This document shows positions 1 to 9,416 of a stretch of DNA of 64,000 nt, piece after piece. The translations under genes and the position numbers were made by a program. The stretch is taken from positions 1,216,001 through 1,280,000 of the forward strand of contig CAWAUV010000008.1 of assembly GCA_963785305.1 (NCBI GenBank), read 5' to 3'. Under the pieces are notes generated by a model. The model saw nothing but the letters and a program-made list of their open reading frames with translations. It was not told the DNA's origin and searched no databases. The stretch comes from an uncultured Planctomycetaceae bacterium. Its GTDB lineage: Bacteria; Planctomycetota; Planctomycetia; Pirellulales; PALSA-1355. Each line of letters opens with the position of its first letter. Position 1 is the stretch's first letter.

Positions 1-240
1 GCCACGCCACGGCTTAACAGTTACATCGCATCGGCCAATGTCCTCTCCTGTCCAATATCCATCGTGGTATTGCTCGACGGTCTGCCAAAGTTCGAGGATT
101 GCCGATAGGCGATCCTGCGCCGTTCGTTCGTCATGGCCCAAGAGGAACCGTGGGGGCGTCCCCTGGCGCACACGGCCAACGGAACGAATGAACCCCCGGA
201 GGGTCCGTTTCATTTTGGTTTGGCGGATCGTGGTTTTCAT
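1..240 (-). CDS. Partial ORF running off the window edge; possible N-terminus of an integrase of an element inserted at tmRNA
   Basis: Not in the ORF track. ATG at 240, 80 codons open to base 1 (MKTTIRQTKMKRTLRGFIRSVGRVRQGTPPRFLLGHDERTAQDRLSAILELWQTVEQ...). It lies 185 bp downstream of the ssrA 3' end on the same strand, the usual att-int layout. No catalytic domain is visible. Confidence 0.4.
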   Translation of the reverse strand, partial: MKTTIRQTKMKRTLRGFIRSVGRVRQGTPPRFLLGHDERTAQDRLSAILELWQTVEQYHDGYWTGEDIGRCDVTVKPWRG

Positions 241-383
241 ATCCCGCAACATGGAGGCATGGGGTGCAATCACGGCTGCTCTATCCTGTTATTGCAAAAA
301 AACAAGCCCCTATTGCAGCATTTCGGGCCTGAAAACCGCCGTTTTTTAGAAATATCAATTGTGCGTTTTTGACGTAAGCGCAA

Positions 384-424
384 AAAAATTCCCTAGTTGC
401 GGCAATTGCAACTAGGGAATTTTT
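384..424. terminator. Perfect 17-bp inverted repeat directly after the tmRNA 3' end (intrinsic, probably bidirectional, terminator)
   Basis: AAAAATTCCCTAGTTGC (384-400), 7-nt loop, GCAACTAGGGAATTTTT (408-424); A/T tracts on both sides. Confidence 0.8.
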
Positions 425-425
425 A

Positions 426-786
426 TGGAGGCGGCGGGAATCGAACCCGCGTCCCGCGACATTTCCGTGAAAGCTTCTACGAGCGTAGCCGCGCTATTTA
501 CGCCTTCGCCCGAGCGACCCCCACGCGGCGGGGCGTCGATCAGGCTAGCCAGGAACTTTTTTAATCGCGAGCGTGCCCAGCAGTGACCCGCGACGGTTCG
601 GAATTAGTGACTGACTTTTGAGCCTCTCCGACAAAAGCTCTCAGTCAGGGCTACCTGTTATTAGGCGGCCAAAGCAAAGTTACCTTCAGCAATTGAAGAT
701 ATTGGTCAGCTTTTAACGTGGCCCACTGACCAACCACGGCGCACCACTTTCACTTCAGGCTATCCGGTCGAACCCAGTTCGCCCCC
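426..786 (-). ncRNA. ssrA: tmRNA (transfer-messenger RNA)
   Basis: The minus strand starts GGGGGCGAACTGGGTTCGAC and ends GCGGGTTCGATTCCCGCCGCCTCCA: Ala acceptor stem with G3-U70 and a T-loop. Tag frame 690-661 reads GCT GAA GGT AAC TTT GCT TTG GCC GCC TAA (AEGNFALAA*). CCA tail not encoded. Length 361 nt. Confidence 0.97.
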
Positions 787-856
787 GGGGCAATCGAAAC
801 CCGCCCGCGGCGACAAATCGCGGCACGAGGGGGCGGGGTCGAGATGCAACTCGTTG

Positions 857-865
857 ATTATAGCA
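857..865 (-). promoter_or_regulatory. Extended -10 promoter for ssrA
   Basis: TGCTATAAT (TGnTATAAT consensus) on the minus strand about 70 bp upstream of the mature tmRNA 5' end. Confidence 0.65.
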
Positions 866-1129
866 CCTTTCCGCTCGCCGGGTAGCCGAAGTTGCGATCC
901 GCCGGCCTTCCGACCTTCCTCACTCCGACGTTGAAAGCTCCCGATGGTCCAGCGAGCGCTCTGTTCACCCCGAAGCCGCGCAAACGGCCGGGACGTTTAA
1001 CCGGCCATCGACCGGCGCTCATCGGCTACGCAACGGGCCGCGCGGCGGGTAGACTGACCGTTGGAAGGATTGCGCCGCGCTCGCCAGCGCGGCTTTCACC
1101 GCGTGTGCCTTTAGAGTCCGAGCGACATC

Positions 1130-2053
1130 ATGTCTCAAAAGTCTTTGTCTGGCGCCGCGAATCACGCCGATCCCGGTCGCCGCGTGACGCTCGCCCTGGT
1201 GCAAGCCACCGGCGACGCGGCCAAGGAAGCCAACCTCGCGAAAACCCTCGAGCGGATCGAGGAAGCCGCGGGCCACGGGGCGCGGATCATCTGCCTGCAA
1301 GAACTGTTCGCCGGCCGATATCCCTGCCAGTCGGAAGATTTCAGCCGCTTCGACGACGCCGAGCCGATTCCCGGCCCCACCAGCCAAGCCCTGGCCGATG
1401 CGGCAAGACGCCATGGAGTAGTGATCGTGGGATCGATCTTCGAGCGTCGCGCTCCCGGGCTGTATCACAATACGGCGGTCGTGTTCGACGCCGATGGCGC
1501 GGTCGCCGGCATGTATCGCAAGATGCACATTCCCGACGACCCGCTCTATTACGAGAAGTTTTACTTCACGCCGGGCGATTTGGGCTTTCGCGCGTTTGAC
1601 ACTCGCTTTGGCCGCGTGGGCGTGTGCGTGTGCTGGGACCAATGGTTTCCCGAGGCGGCTCGGCTCACGGCGATGGCTGGCGCGGAGCTGATTGTCTATC
1701 CCACCGCGATCGGCTGGATGCCAGGCGACCGACATAAGCAAGGTCCAGCCCAGCATTCGGCGTGGGAAACCATGATGCGCGGCCACGCGATCGCCAACGG
1801 TGTGTTCGTCGCCGCCACGAATCGCACCGGGCGCGAAGACGAGCTCCAGTTCTGGGGCGCGTCGTTTGTCGCCGATCCGAGCGGAGTCGTGTTGGCCCGG
1901 GCCACGCACGACGAAGAACAAACGCTACTTGTTGATTGTGATTTCAATTCGATCGACAGCGTGCGCACGCATTGGCCCTTCTTGCGCGACCGCCGCATCG
2001 ATGCCTACGGTTCGCTGACCCGCCGCTATCTCGATTCGCCGGACAACCATTAA
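1130..2053 (+). CDS. aguB: N-carbamoylputrescine amidase (carbon-nitrogen hydrolase family)
   Basis: Nitrilase triad motifs CLQELF, YRKMHIPDDP..YEKFYF and CWDQWFPEAAR; C-terminal WPFLRDRR; adjacent to agmatine deiminase. Confidence 0.92.
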   Translation: MSQKSLSGAANHADPGRRVTLALVQATGDAAKEANLAKTLERIEEAAGHGARIICLQELFAGRYPCQSEDFSRFDDAEPIPGPTSQALADAARRHGVVIVGSIFERRAPGLYHNTAVVFDADGAVAGMYRKMHIPDDPLYYEKFYFTPGDLGFRAFDTRFGRVGVCVCWDQWFPEAARLTAMAGAELIVYPTAIGWMPGDRHKQGPAQHSAWETMMRGHAIANGVFVAATNRTGREDELQFWGASFVADPSGVVLARATHDEEQTLLVDCDFNSIDSVRTHWPFLRDRRIDAYGSLTRRYLDSPDNH

Positions 2054-3147
2054 TGTCGCCCGACCCCGCATCAAGAGACGTGAGCGGTTCGCCTGGCGCC
2101 CATCGCCGGCGGCGCTCGGCTACCGCTGGCCGGCCGAATGGGCGCCGCACTCGGCCACCTGGCTCTCGTGGCCGCGGCGCCGCGCCACATGGCCGAATCG
2201 ATTCGCGCCGATTCCCGGAGTCTGGGCTCGGTTGACACGCACACTGGCCGAATTCGAGCCGGTGCATATTCTCGCTGGCGGCGAGGCGGTGATGGCCGAG
2301 GCCCGCGAGCTAGTGGGAAATGTGAGGAATGTGACACTGCATGATGTGTCGACCAATGACGCTTGGACGCGCGATCACGGGCCGATGTTTCTACGTGGCC
2401 CGGCCGCGGCGCCCGCCGACGAGCATTTGGCGCTCGTCGACTGGGACTTCAACGCGTGGGGTCGCAAGTATTCGCCCTTCGACGATGATAATGCCGTTCC
2501 GCGGCGCGTGGCCGAGTTGCTTGCGCGCGGCGCTTTACGCCGGGCATCGTGCTGGAGGGCGGCGCGGTCGACGGCAACGGCGCCGGCACGCTGCTCACCA
2601 CCGAAACCTGCCTACTGAACCCAAACCGCAATCCCTCTCTTTCGCGAAGCGAGATCGAGCGATATCTTGGCGATTATCTCGGGGCGCGCAAGGTGCTTTG
2701 GCTCTCCGGCGAAATCGTGGGCGACGACACCGATGGCCATGTCGATGAACTCGCGCGATTCGTCGGCCCGACCACCGTGCTTGCCGCTTATGAGCCGGAC
2801 CCGACCGATGAAAATCATGCCCCGCTCGCCGGCAACTTGGCGCGTTTCGCGCCATGACCGACGCCGATGGCCGGCCGCTCGAAGTGATTCCAGTGCGATT
2901 GCCGCGGGCGATTCGTAGCGGGAGCCAGCGAGCGCCGGCCAGTTACATGAATTTCTACGTCGCGAATGGGCTCGTCGTTGTGCCGGTGTTCGACGATCCG
3001 GCCGACGCCGAAGCGCTCGCCACGTTGGCCGGCGCGTTTCCCGATCACGAGATCCGCGGGCTCGACGCGCGCGACTTGGTATGGGGACGCGGCGGCTTCC
3101 ACTGCATCACGCAGCAGCAACCGAGCGTCGAGGAGCGGGGGCGATGA
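2053..3147 (+). CDS. aguA: Agmatine deiminase family protein (frameshifted in this assembly)
   Basis: Motifs spread over several frames: YRWPAEW...TWLSWP, DAWTRDHGP, LEGGAVDGNGAGTLLTTETCLL, DDTDGHVD, ASYMNFYVAN, GGFHCITQQQP. ATG overlaps the aguB stop. Confidence 0.88.
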
Positions 3148-3208
3148 GGCCCGCGTAACCCCAAGGGATGTTGCCGATGCGAGTGAATCGCGAGGCGATA
3201 GGCGGAAT

Positions 3209-4033
3209 TCAAACACCGGCGGCGTGCGCCGCGGCCTTCAGATTGTGGATGCTTTCGCGAGCCAGCCGCTCGGGGCCGGGCGAATAATCGAACACTTCGA
3301 CCGATACCCAGTCGTGATAATCGCTCTTGGCCAGCGCGGCCATGATCGGCTCGAACTCAAGCTCACCCATGCCGGGTCCGCGGCGGTTGGGATCGTTGGC
3401 ATGAAAATGCACGAGGTGGCGCCGATGTCGCTCGATGATTTCGGGAATCGTCGCTTGTTCGCTGGCCATCGCCTTGCAATCCAGGTGCAAGCGAATCCAG
3501 GGCGAGGCGAGCGCGTCGATCATGGTTTCGGCCTCGGCGGCGGTGTTGAGAAAATTGCCTTCGCTGGGCCCGAGCGGCTCGAGGGCGAGCGTCACCCGGG
3601 TCGCTTCGAGCACCGGGGCAAGTTGCTCGAACGCCTCGATCGCATAGCCAAATCCCTCGGCGGGCGAGACCTCGCCGCCAGATTTCGCTGCTGAGGCGAA
3701 CCGAACACCAGAATCGAGCCGCCCAGATCGCGACACCAGCCGCGCGAGATCGGCGAAATATTCGGCGGTGCGGCGGCGCGTCGCGGAATCGCGCGTGGTG
3801 AGATGCAGGCCGGTGGTCTTGGCGAGCAGCCAGTGAAGACCGACCACCTCGAGCCCCGCGACGGCGGCGGCACGGCGCGTGGCGGCTTGCATTGCCGGAG
3901 TGATTTGCCGCGCATCGGCGGCGAGCGTGAAGGGCGCGATTTCGAGGCCCGAGTAGCCGCAGCTCGCGGCGAAGTCGCAAGCTCGCTCGAGCGGCCAGTC
4001 GACGAACGTTTCGTTGCAGATGGCGTATTTCAT
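3209..4033 (-). CDS. Sugar phosphate isomerase/epimerase (xylose isomerase-like TIM barrel)
   Basis: MKYAICNETF start, GLEIAPFTL, LALEPL, LHLD, HFHAND, VSVEVFD. A short internal stretch (LGGSILVFGSPQQRNL) is in another frame, implying compensating indels. Confidence 0.85.
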   Translation of the reverse strand: MKYAICNETFVDWPLERACDFAASCGYSGLEIAPFTLAADARQITPAMQAATRRAAAVAGLEVVGLHWLLAKTTGLHLTTRDSATRRRTAEYFADLARLVSRSGRLDSGVRFASAAKSGGEVSPAEGFGYAIEAFEQLAPVLEATRVTLALEPLGPSEGNFLNTAAEAETMIDALASPWIRLHLDCKAMASEQATIPEIIERHRRHLVHFHANDPNRRGPGMGELEFEPIMAALAKSDYHDWVSVEVFDYSPGPERLARESIHNLKAAAHAAGV

Positions 4034-4161
4034 GATCGCGCGGAAGTGAGTGCGGAAAGACGGCGGGCGAACAGCAAGGCGCACAGTTTCCGCTATTTCA
4101 CGACCAGCGGCAAGTTCGCCGCGCGATCGTAGTCGTTTTTCCGGCGAGCGGTCGCTGGCGA

Positions 4162-4738
4162 TCAATCGCCGTGTTTTTGCCGCAATCGCGAGCTGGCGCG
4201 GAGCACCCATTCGGCGCGTTCGAATTCATCGAGCCAGTCTTGCACGACCGCCGCGGTCAGATCGCTCGATGGCGCTCCGATGCCGGTCGAACACGACGCG
4301 CCGGTGGGGCTCGGGCCCGCGAGTCCGGCGACCACTTGGCGGTATTTGGCCAAGGTGCGTTCGCCATAGCGGCTGACCTCGAATCCGTCTTCGCTCAGAA
4401 AGAGCAGCATCGGCACTCGCTTGCCGCCACACATTTGCAACCGCTCGGCCAGATCGCTGTCGGCGTCGCGATCGAAAAATCGCAGGTCGATCACTGGCGC
4501 GGCGGCGGCGAAGTGGACGAAGATCGGGCACTGGGTCGCGCAGTCGCCGCACCAAGCGCCGGCCAGACAAAGCACCGGCATCGCGCAGCGTGAAGCGACC
4601 GAGCAACTCGCGCTGCGCCGCGGTGAGTGTCACGCGACCTTGAAAATCGCTCCAGCGGCGGCGATGCTCATCGCTCCCATGGCGGGCGAGAAACTCATCG
4701 TACTTGAGCCCAGACGCGAATTTGGTCAGATAATCCAT
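4162..4738 (-). CDS. Thioredoxin-family protein (frameshifted)
   Basis: WCGDC redox motif and RVP cis-Pro motif; the N-terminus MDYLTKFASGLKYDEFL is in an adjacent frame. Confidence 0.8.
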
Positions 4739-4820
4739 CGAACAAACGCTTTCTGTTTTTTTGTCGCTCTCGTGTGAGCGTGTGATGAATCGGCGCGGAG
4801 TCGCGAGCCGCGGGCCGACG

Positions 4821-5459
4821 CTACGATCGGGCTCGGGCGCCGGCTGTCGGCGACGTGACGCGTCGCGGGGTGTGGAAGGCGCGCACATCGACGATATCGG
4901 TCACTCCGGCGCGGCGGGCCGCTTCGATGCCCGGATCGACATCTTCGTAAATGCGGCATGCCCGAGGATCGACGCCCAATCTCCGAGCCGCTTCCAAGAA
5001 TACATCGGGATGCGGTTTGTGGAGCGCGGTGTCTTCGCTCGTGACCTCGGTGTCGAAAAAACCAGCCAAGCCGATATGAGTCAAGATTTTTTCAAGCACC
5101 GGCCGCGTGGCGCCCGAGGCGACCGCCAGCGGCAGCTTGCCGCGATGCGCCCGGGCCACGGCCACCACCGGCTCGATCGGCCGCACATGGTCGAGCATTT
5201 CAAGGAAGGCGTTTTCCTTGAACATGGCGATCGTGTCGACATCGAGCGAGCGGCCGGTCTCGCGGGCCAGAAGCTCGATCATGGTCCGGGTGGGCCAGCC
5301 GCCGAGCACATAGAACCGATCTTCGCTCAGTTCGAGATCGTAGCGCCGCGCGGTTTCGGCCCACGCTTGGTAATGCAGCGGCATCGTGTCGGCCAAGGTG
5401 CCGTCGCAGTCGAAGATAATGGCCTGGGGCAGCGAAGTCGCGGGTCGATCGTTATTCAT
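4821..5459 (-). CDS. HAD-superfamily phosphatase (YqaB/beta-phosphoglucomutase-like)
   Basis: IFDCDGTLADTM motif I, VASG motif II, KPHPDVF, YED motif IV. Confidence 0.9.
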   Translation of the reverse strand: MNNDRPATSLPQAIIFDCDGTLADTMPLHYQAWAETARRYDLELSEDRFYVLGGWPTRTMIELLARETGRSLDVDTIAMFKENAFLEMLDHVRPIEPVVAVARAHRGKLPLAVASGATRPVLEKILTHIGLAGFFDTEVTSEDTALHKPHPDVFLEAARRLGVDPRACRIYEDVDPGIEAARRAGVTDIVDVRAFHTPRRVTSPTAGARARS

Positions 5460-5600
5460 GCGACCAGTATAACGCCCGAGCCTCCGCGGCCGGAAGCCTT
5501 ACCGAGCGGGGCGCCACATCCGCCGATCATCGCGTTAAGGCAGATGGTTCTTCGCGCGGAGAAACCTCGGCGTACGCTGCCCGTGCCCGCTCGCGCCAAG

Positions 5601-5885
5601 CTAAAAAACCGCCGCCTCTCCGGCGACGAACTGCTTGATTCCATCGCCAAGCGATTCGACATAGGATGACACTGCCGGTCGCGAGTAGCGACCATCCTTA
5701 GATACGTCGCGTTGGCGAACGAAAGCCCCAGGCCGGTCCAAAGCGCCACGAGCGAAGCGACACACGCCGGACATTTGGGCATTGCGACCCAAAGGCCCAG
5801 CGACAGCGCGCCGGTGAGCATGTCCCAACCGTGTCGTGATCGCGAATGTCGCGGCGCCCGATCGGATCGGCAGCAGTGCGCTACT
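5601..5885 (-). CDS. Small membrane protein with PKCPAC motif (frameshifted), last gene of the DUF899 operon
   Basis: HCC...LSLGLWVAMPKCPACVASLVALWTGLGLSFANATYLR, hydrophobic, directly after DUF899. Boundaries approximate. Confidence 0.55.
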   Translation of the reverse strand, partial: SSALLPIRSGAATFAITTRLGHAHRRAVAGPLGRNAQMSGVCRFARGALDRPGAFVRQRDVSKDGRYSRPAVSSYVESLGDGIKQFVAGEAAVF

Positions 5886-6645
5886 GGCAATCTTTGTGAC
5901 AGCATGTCGCCGCGCCTTGCGCCGAGGGAGCATATTTGTCGTGATGCCGCACCCATTGCATCGGTGGGTTTAGATTGTCCTCATCGCGTCCCTTCGGCGC
6001 GAGGTCGAGCAGTGCATAGGTTCCCACCATCGCCTCGAGCCCGCGGGCAAAAGTCGAATAGGTGTGGAACACGTCGCCGCTAGCGTCCTTGTGGAAGTAG
6101 CTGAGGCCGGGACATTCCTCGCCATGTGTCGGCGAACTGCCGAAGTTGTAGATGTTCGCGCCGCCGGCAACTTCTTCTTGGCTAAACAACACGCCGAAAT
6201 CGCGATTAAAATCGCAATCGCCCGACGAGACCCAGGTGAATCGCCAGCCCATGCGGAGTTGAAACGCGGTCAGCTTCTCCAGCGGCGCCCGCGACACGAG
6301 CACCAGCGACACATCGCGAGCCGCCAGATGTTCGATGGCGCCACTGATGTGATCCATCAAATACGAACAGCCCGGGCAGCCCTCTTCCCAGTCGGGACCG
6401 AACATGAAGTGATACGTCGCGAGTTGGCCGCGGCCGGCGAACAGGTCGGCGAGGCTCGGTTTACCTTTCGCTCCCGTGAACACGTAGGACTTCTCGACCC
6501 GAGTCCAAGGCAACTCGCGTCGCTCTCGGGCCAGAAGGTCGTTCTGCCGCGTGAGCGCTTTCTCTTTCGCGAGGAACGCCTCGCGAGCCCGAAGCCATTC
6601 CGTTTTGGAAACGATTCGCGGATGGTGTGGCGCCATGGATGCCAT
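5881..6645 (-). CDS. DUF899 thioredoxin-like protein
   Basis: EWLRAREAFLAKEKALTR, RRELPW, YHFMFGPDWEEGCPGCS, VFHTYST, LLDLAPKGRDE, WVRHHDKY. Confidence 0.9.
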   Translation of the reverse strand: MASMAPHHPRIVSKTEWLRAREAFLAKEKALTRQNDLLARERRELPWTRVEKSYVFTGAKGKPSLADLFAGRGQLATYHFMFGPDWEEGCPGCSYLMDHISGAIEHLAARDVSLVLVSRAPLEKLTAFQLRMGWRFTWVSSGDCDFNRDFGVLFSQEEVAGGANIYNFGSSPTHGEECPGLSYFHKDASGDVFHTYSTFARGLEAMVGTYALLDLAPKGRDEDNLNPPMQWVRHHDKYAPSAQGAATCCHKDCQ

Positions 6646-6716
6646 GCGCGGAACTCCGATGAATAGGTTGGTTTTCTTCGTGCGGTAAAAAGAAGCGAGG
6701 CCGCGAGCGGCAACGA

Positions 6717-7187
6717 CTATTTTTCGCGCTCCGACGTTTTGCGCTCAGCTCGCTGGCGAATTCTATCGGCCCAATGGGCCCAGCCCTTGGGCATGCCATC
6801 GCGAAGTTCGGGCAGAATCAATCCCATGCCGCGATGCAGAAAAGCGAGCTGAGTCCCGCTCCCTTGAGCCGTAAAGCGATACTGAACATGATTGATGGCC
6901 GGATACGACATCATCAGCGGTCCCTGAATTTCGAGCAGGCTGGGCGGCTTGATAACCTGCACATTTCCCCAAAGATGGCCGGCGCCGTTTCCTAGATCGC
7001 GAAACCATCGTCCACCGGGCCAGGCTTCGAGTTTGAGGGGCATCGCGCGGCCGTCCATCATTTGCGCTTCGGGACCAAGTTCCTCGAGCATCGCCTCGAA
7101 GGCGATCTCGATCGGCGCCGCAATGTCGAGCGACTTACGAATCTCGACGGTTTCAATCGTCGACTTCGTTTGAACGTCGGTTGTCAT
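6717..7187 (-). CDS. SRPBCC (AHSA1/START-like) domain protein
   Basis: IAAPIEIAFEAM, LEAWPGGRWFRD, C-terminal GW helix; ATG overlaps the ArsR stop. Confidence 0.85.
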   Translation of the reverse strand: MTTDVQTKSTIETVEIRKSLDIAAPIEIAFEAMLEELGPEAQMMDGRAMPLKLEAWPGGRWFRDLGNGAGHLWGNVQVIKPPSLLEIQGPLMMSYPAINHVQYRFTAQGSGTQLAFLHRGMGLILPELRDGMPKGWAHWADRIRQRAERKTSEREK

Positions 7188-7561
7188 GAAGTTCCTTTCT
7201 TGTTGTCGACAGAGCTGGAGGGTTGCGAGCGGGCGCGGGCACGCTGCTCGGCCCGGGCTTGAATGCGAGTGAGTTGACGGTCCCAATGCTGTTCAAACGC
7301 TTGGATCCAGTCGTGGACGGGCCGCAGATTGTGGAAATTCAGGGCATATTCGCGCTTTTGGCCGAGTTTGGTGACGGAAACGATGCCGACCTCGCGCAAT
7401 ACCCCCAAATGCTTCGAGATGACCGGCTGAGGCAGTCCCAGGGCGAGCACGATGGCGCCGACGGCCAAATTGCCGCGCCGCGCGAGGAGCTCGATAATCT
7501 GCCGCCGCCGCGGCTCGGCGATGGCGCTGAAGGCGTCGGAAGTGGCGAGTCGTCGTGACAT
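7184..7561 (-). CDS. ArsR/SmtB family transcriptional regulator
   Basis: DAFSAIAEPRRRQIIELL, QPVISKHLGVLREVGIV winged HTH. Confidence 0.92.
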   Translation of the reverse strand: MSRRLATSDAFSAIAEPRRRQIIELLARRGNLAVGAIVLALGLPQPVISKHLGVLREVGIVSVTKLGQKREYALNFHNLRPVHDWIQAFEQHWDRQLTRIQARAEQRARARSQPSSSVDNKKGTS

Positions 7562-7595
7562 GCCGGCAGTATATTCCCAATACGGAATATGTCAA
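7562..7595 (-). promoter_or_regulatory. sigma70 promoter overlapped by a probable ArsR operator; leaderless start
   Basis: Minus strand TTGACA-N16-TATACT-N6-ATG, with inverted repeat ATATTCC-N6-GGAATAT (7571-7590) between the boxes. Confidence 0.8.
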
Positions 7596-7699
7596 GTCCG
7601 GCAATCACCTCGACGGAAGCGAGGGACTTCGACCATCAAACCACGAAACTTCCGCGTGTCGTTCGCGGTGAATCCGCTTCGCATCGCGCAGGGCGCCGC

Positions 7700-9209
7700 T
7701 CAATCGTCTGCTTTGTCGTTGTCCTTGATGACGAAACGCGCCTTGAGATGCGCGACCGTGGTGGCCAAGTCGGCCGCCTCCACGCTTCGCACCACTTCGG
7801 CGAAATCCTTGTACGCCGCCGGAGCCTCATCCTTTGGATACATGCGGCAGTTCGAGAGGATATCGTGCGCTTCGAGATCGCGATCGACCGTGGTTTGGTC
7901 CAAGCGGCGCATCGCGTCCTTGCGTCCCATCCGGCGGCCCGCGCCGTGGTTCACGCTGTAACAGCTCTTCTTCGCCCCCGCGTTGGCCACCATCACCACC
8001 GAGCCGTCGCGCGGATTGCCAGGCAACAGAATCGGATGGCCGGTCTCGGCAAACGGGGTGTCGGCCAGCGCCGGGTGTCGGGCTGGAAATGCGCGCGTCG
8101 CTCCCTTGCGATGCACCCAGGCCGAACGGTTGTCGACGATTTCTTGCCGCGCGATGTTGTGGCTGATGAAGTACACGAGCTCGCCTCGAACGCCCGGCAG
8201 CACTTCTTGAAACGCCTCGAGCACCAGCGCATTGATTAGCATGTGGTTCACGGTGGCGAAATTGGCGCCCAGGCTCATATCGTCGATATACGCGTCGGCT
8301 TCCATCGAGCCGAGTGGCGCGTAGACCAGTTCACGGTCGCCGCCGGGCAGCGGGATGTTCCAAGCCGCGAACTTTTGCTGCAAGCCGCGGAACTGGCCGG
8401 TGGCGAGCACATTGCCAAGCCCGCGCGAGCCGCAGTGTGAAAGAAACGCCACGCAACCGTCGCGCAGCCCGAACACTTCGGCCGCGCAACGCGCGCCGCC
8501 GCCGTCGGCCAAGCGGACGATTTCGCATTCGCCGAAATGATTTCCGCCGCCGTAAGAGCCAAGCTGACCAACTTTGTCGTCGAAGTTACGAATGGCATTG
8601 GCCGCGAGAAGCCGGTCGAGCCGCAACTCGAGCGTGTCGCGAGCGCCGTCATGCCCGCGATGAAAGGCGTCTTCGCAACGATCGGCCCAGTGCGGCGGAA
8701 TACCGAGCGCTTCGCACACTTCGCGCGAGGCGCCTTCGATCGTCGCCCGCCGGCCATCCAGCGGGGGAATACGGCGAGACTTCTTGACCGAACGTTGGCC
8801 ACGGCCGGCGCCGGTGGGAACCCGGGCCACGATGGCATCGATCAGTTCGCGGCGCACGCGGCGATCGGCCACGGCGTCGGCCGGCGCATCGAGTTGCAAG
8901 AGGCTCATCGAACACTTGATGTCGACGCCGACCGGGCCAGGATAAATATGGGTGGGCGAGACCATCACGCAGCCGATCGGGGCGCCGTAGCCGCAGTGCG
9001 CAGTCGGGATTGAGCACCAGATCGGTCACGCCGGGGGCTTGGCGCGAATTGAGCGCTTGACGCAAACAAAGGGCGTCGAATGAATCGCGAATCGCTTCGG
9101 TTCCGATCACGGTGATCGGTTTGCCGCGGTTGTCGGCAATCGGCAGCATTCCGGTCGCTTCGCCGGTGGCCAGAATTGCGGTTTTGCCAAGTGAATCGTC
9201 GTGGGTCAT
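7700..9209 (-). CDS. rtcB: RtcB family RNA ligase (frameshifted near 8990)
   Basis: GVDIKC, GGGNHF, HCGSRG, SHNIA, VHRKGAT, HGAGR and DEAP.AYK motifs; the N-terminus (MTHDDSLGK...LNPD) is in an adjacent frame. Confidence 0.92.
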
Positions 9210-9344
9210 GGCTCGGTAACTCGAGAAGGGAATAGACGTGACACGACTCAAGACACATCGTAGCGAAATCGGTTCGGCCCCGGGAAGAGTTGCGTCCGCG
9301 GGGGCGGACGGCGCCGAGAGCGAGAACTCGAACGCGGCGCGCGC

Positions 9345-9383
9345 AAAAAGGCGCCGCGACTGACAGTGATCGGTCGCGGCGCC
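9345..9383 (-). terminator. Intrinsic terminator after the cyclophilin gene
   Basis: 11-bp stem GGCGCCGCGAC/GTCGCGGCGCC followed by TTTTT on the minus strand. Confidence 0.75.
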
Positions 9384-9416
9384 CTACTTATCCGATCAAA
9401 GTGCGCAGTCGAATGC

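Noticed and set aside
426..460. tRNA gene
   Set aside because: This is the tRNA-like 3' domain of tmRNA; the matching 5' end is 360 nt away and a tag ORF lies between.
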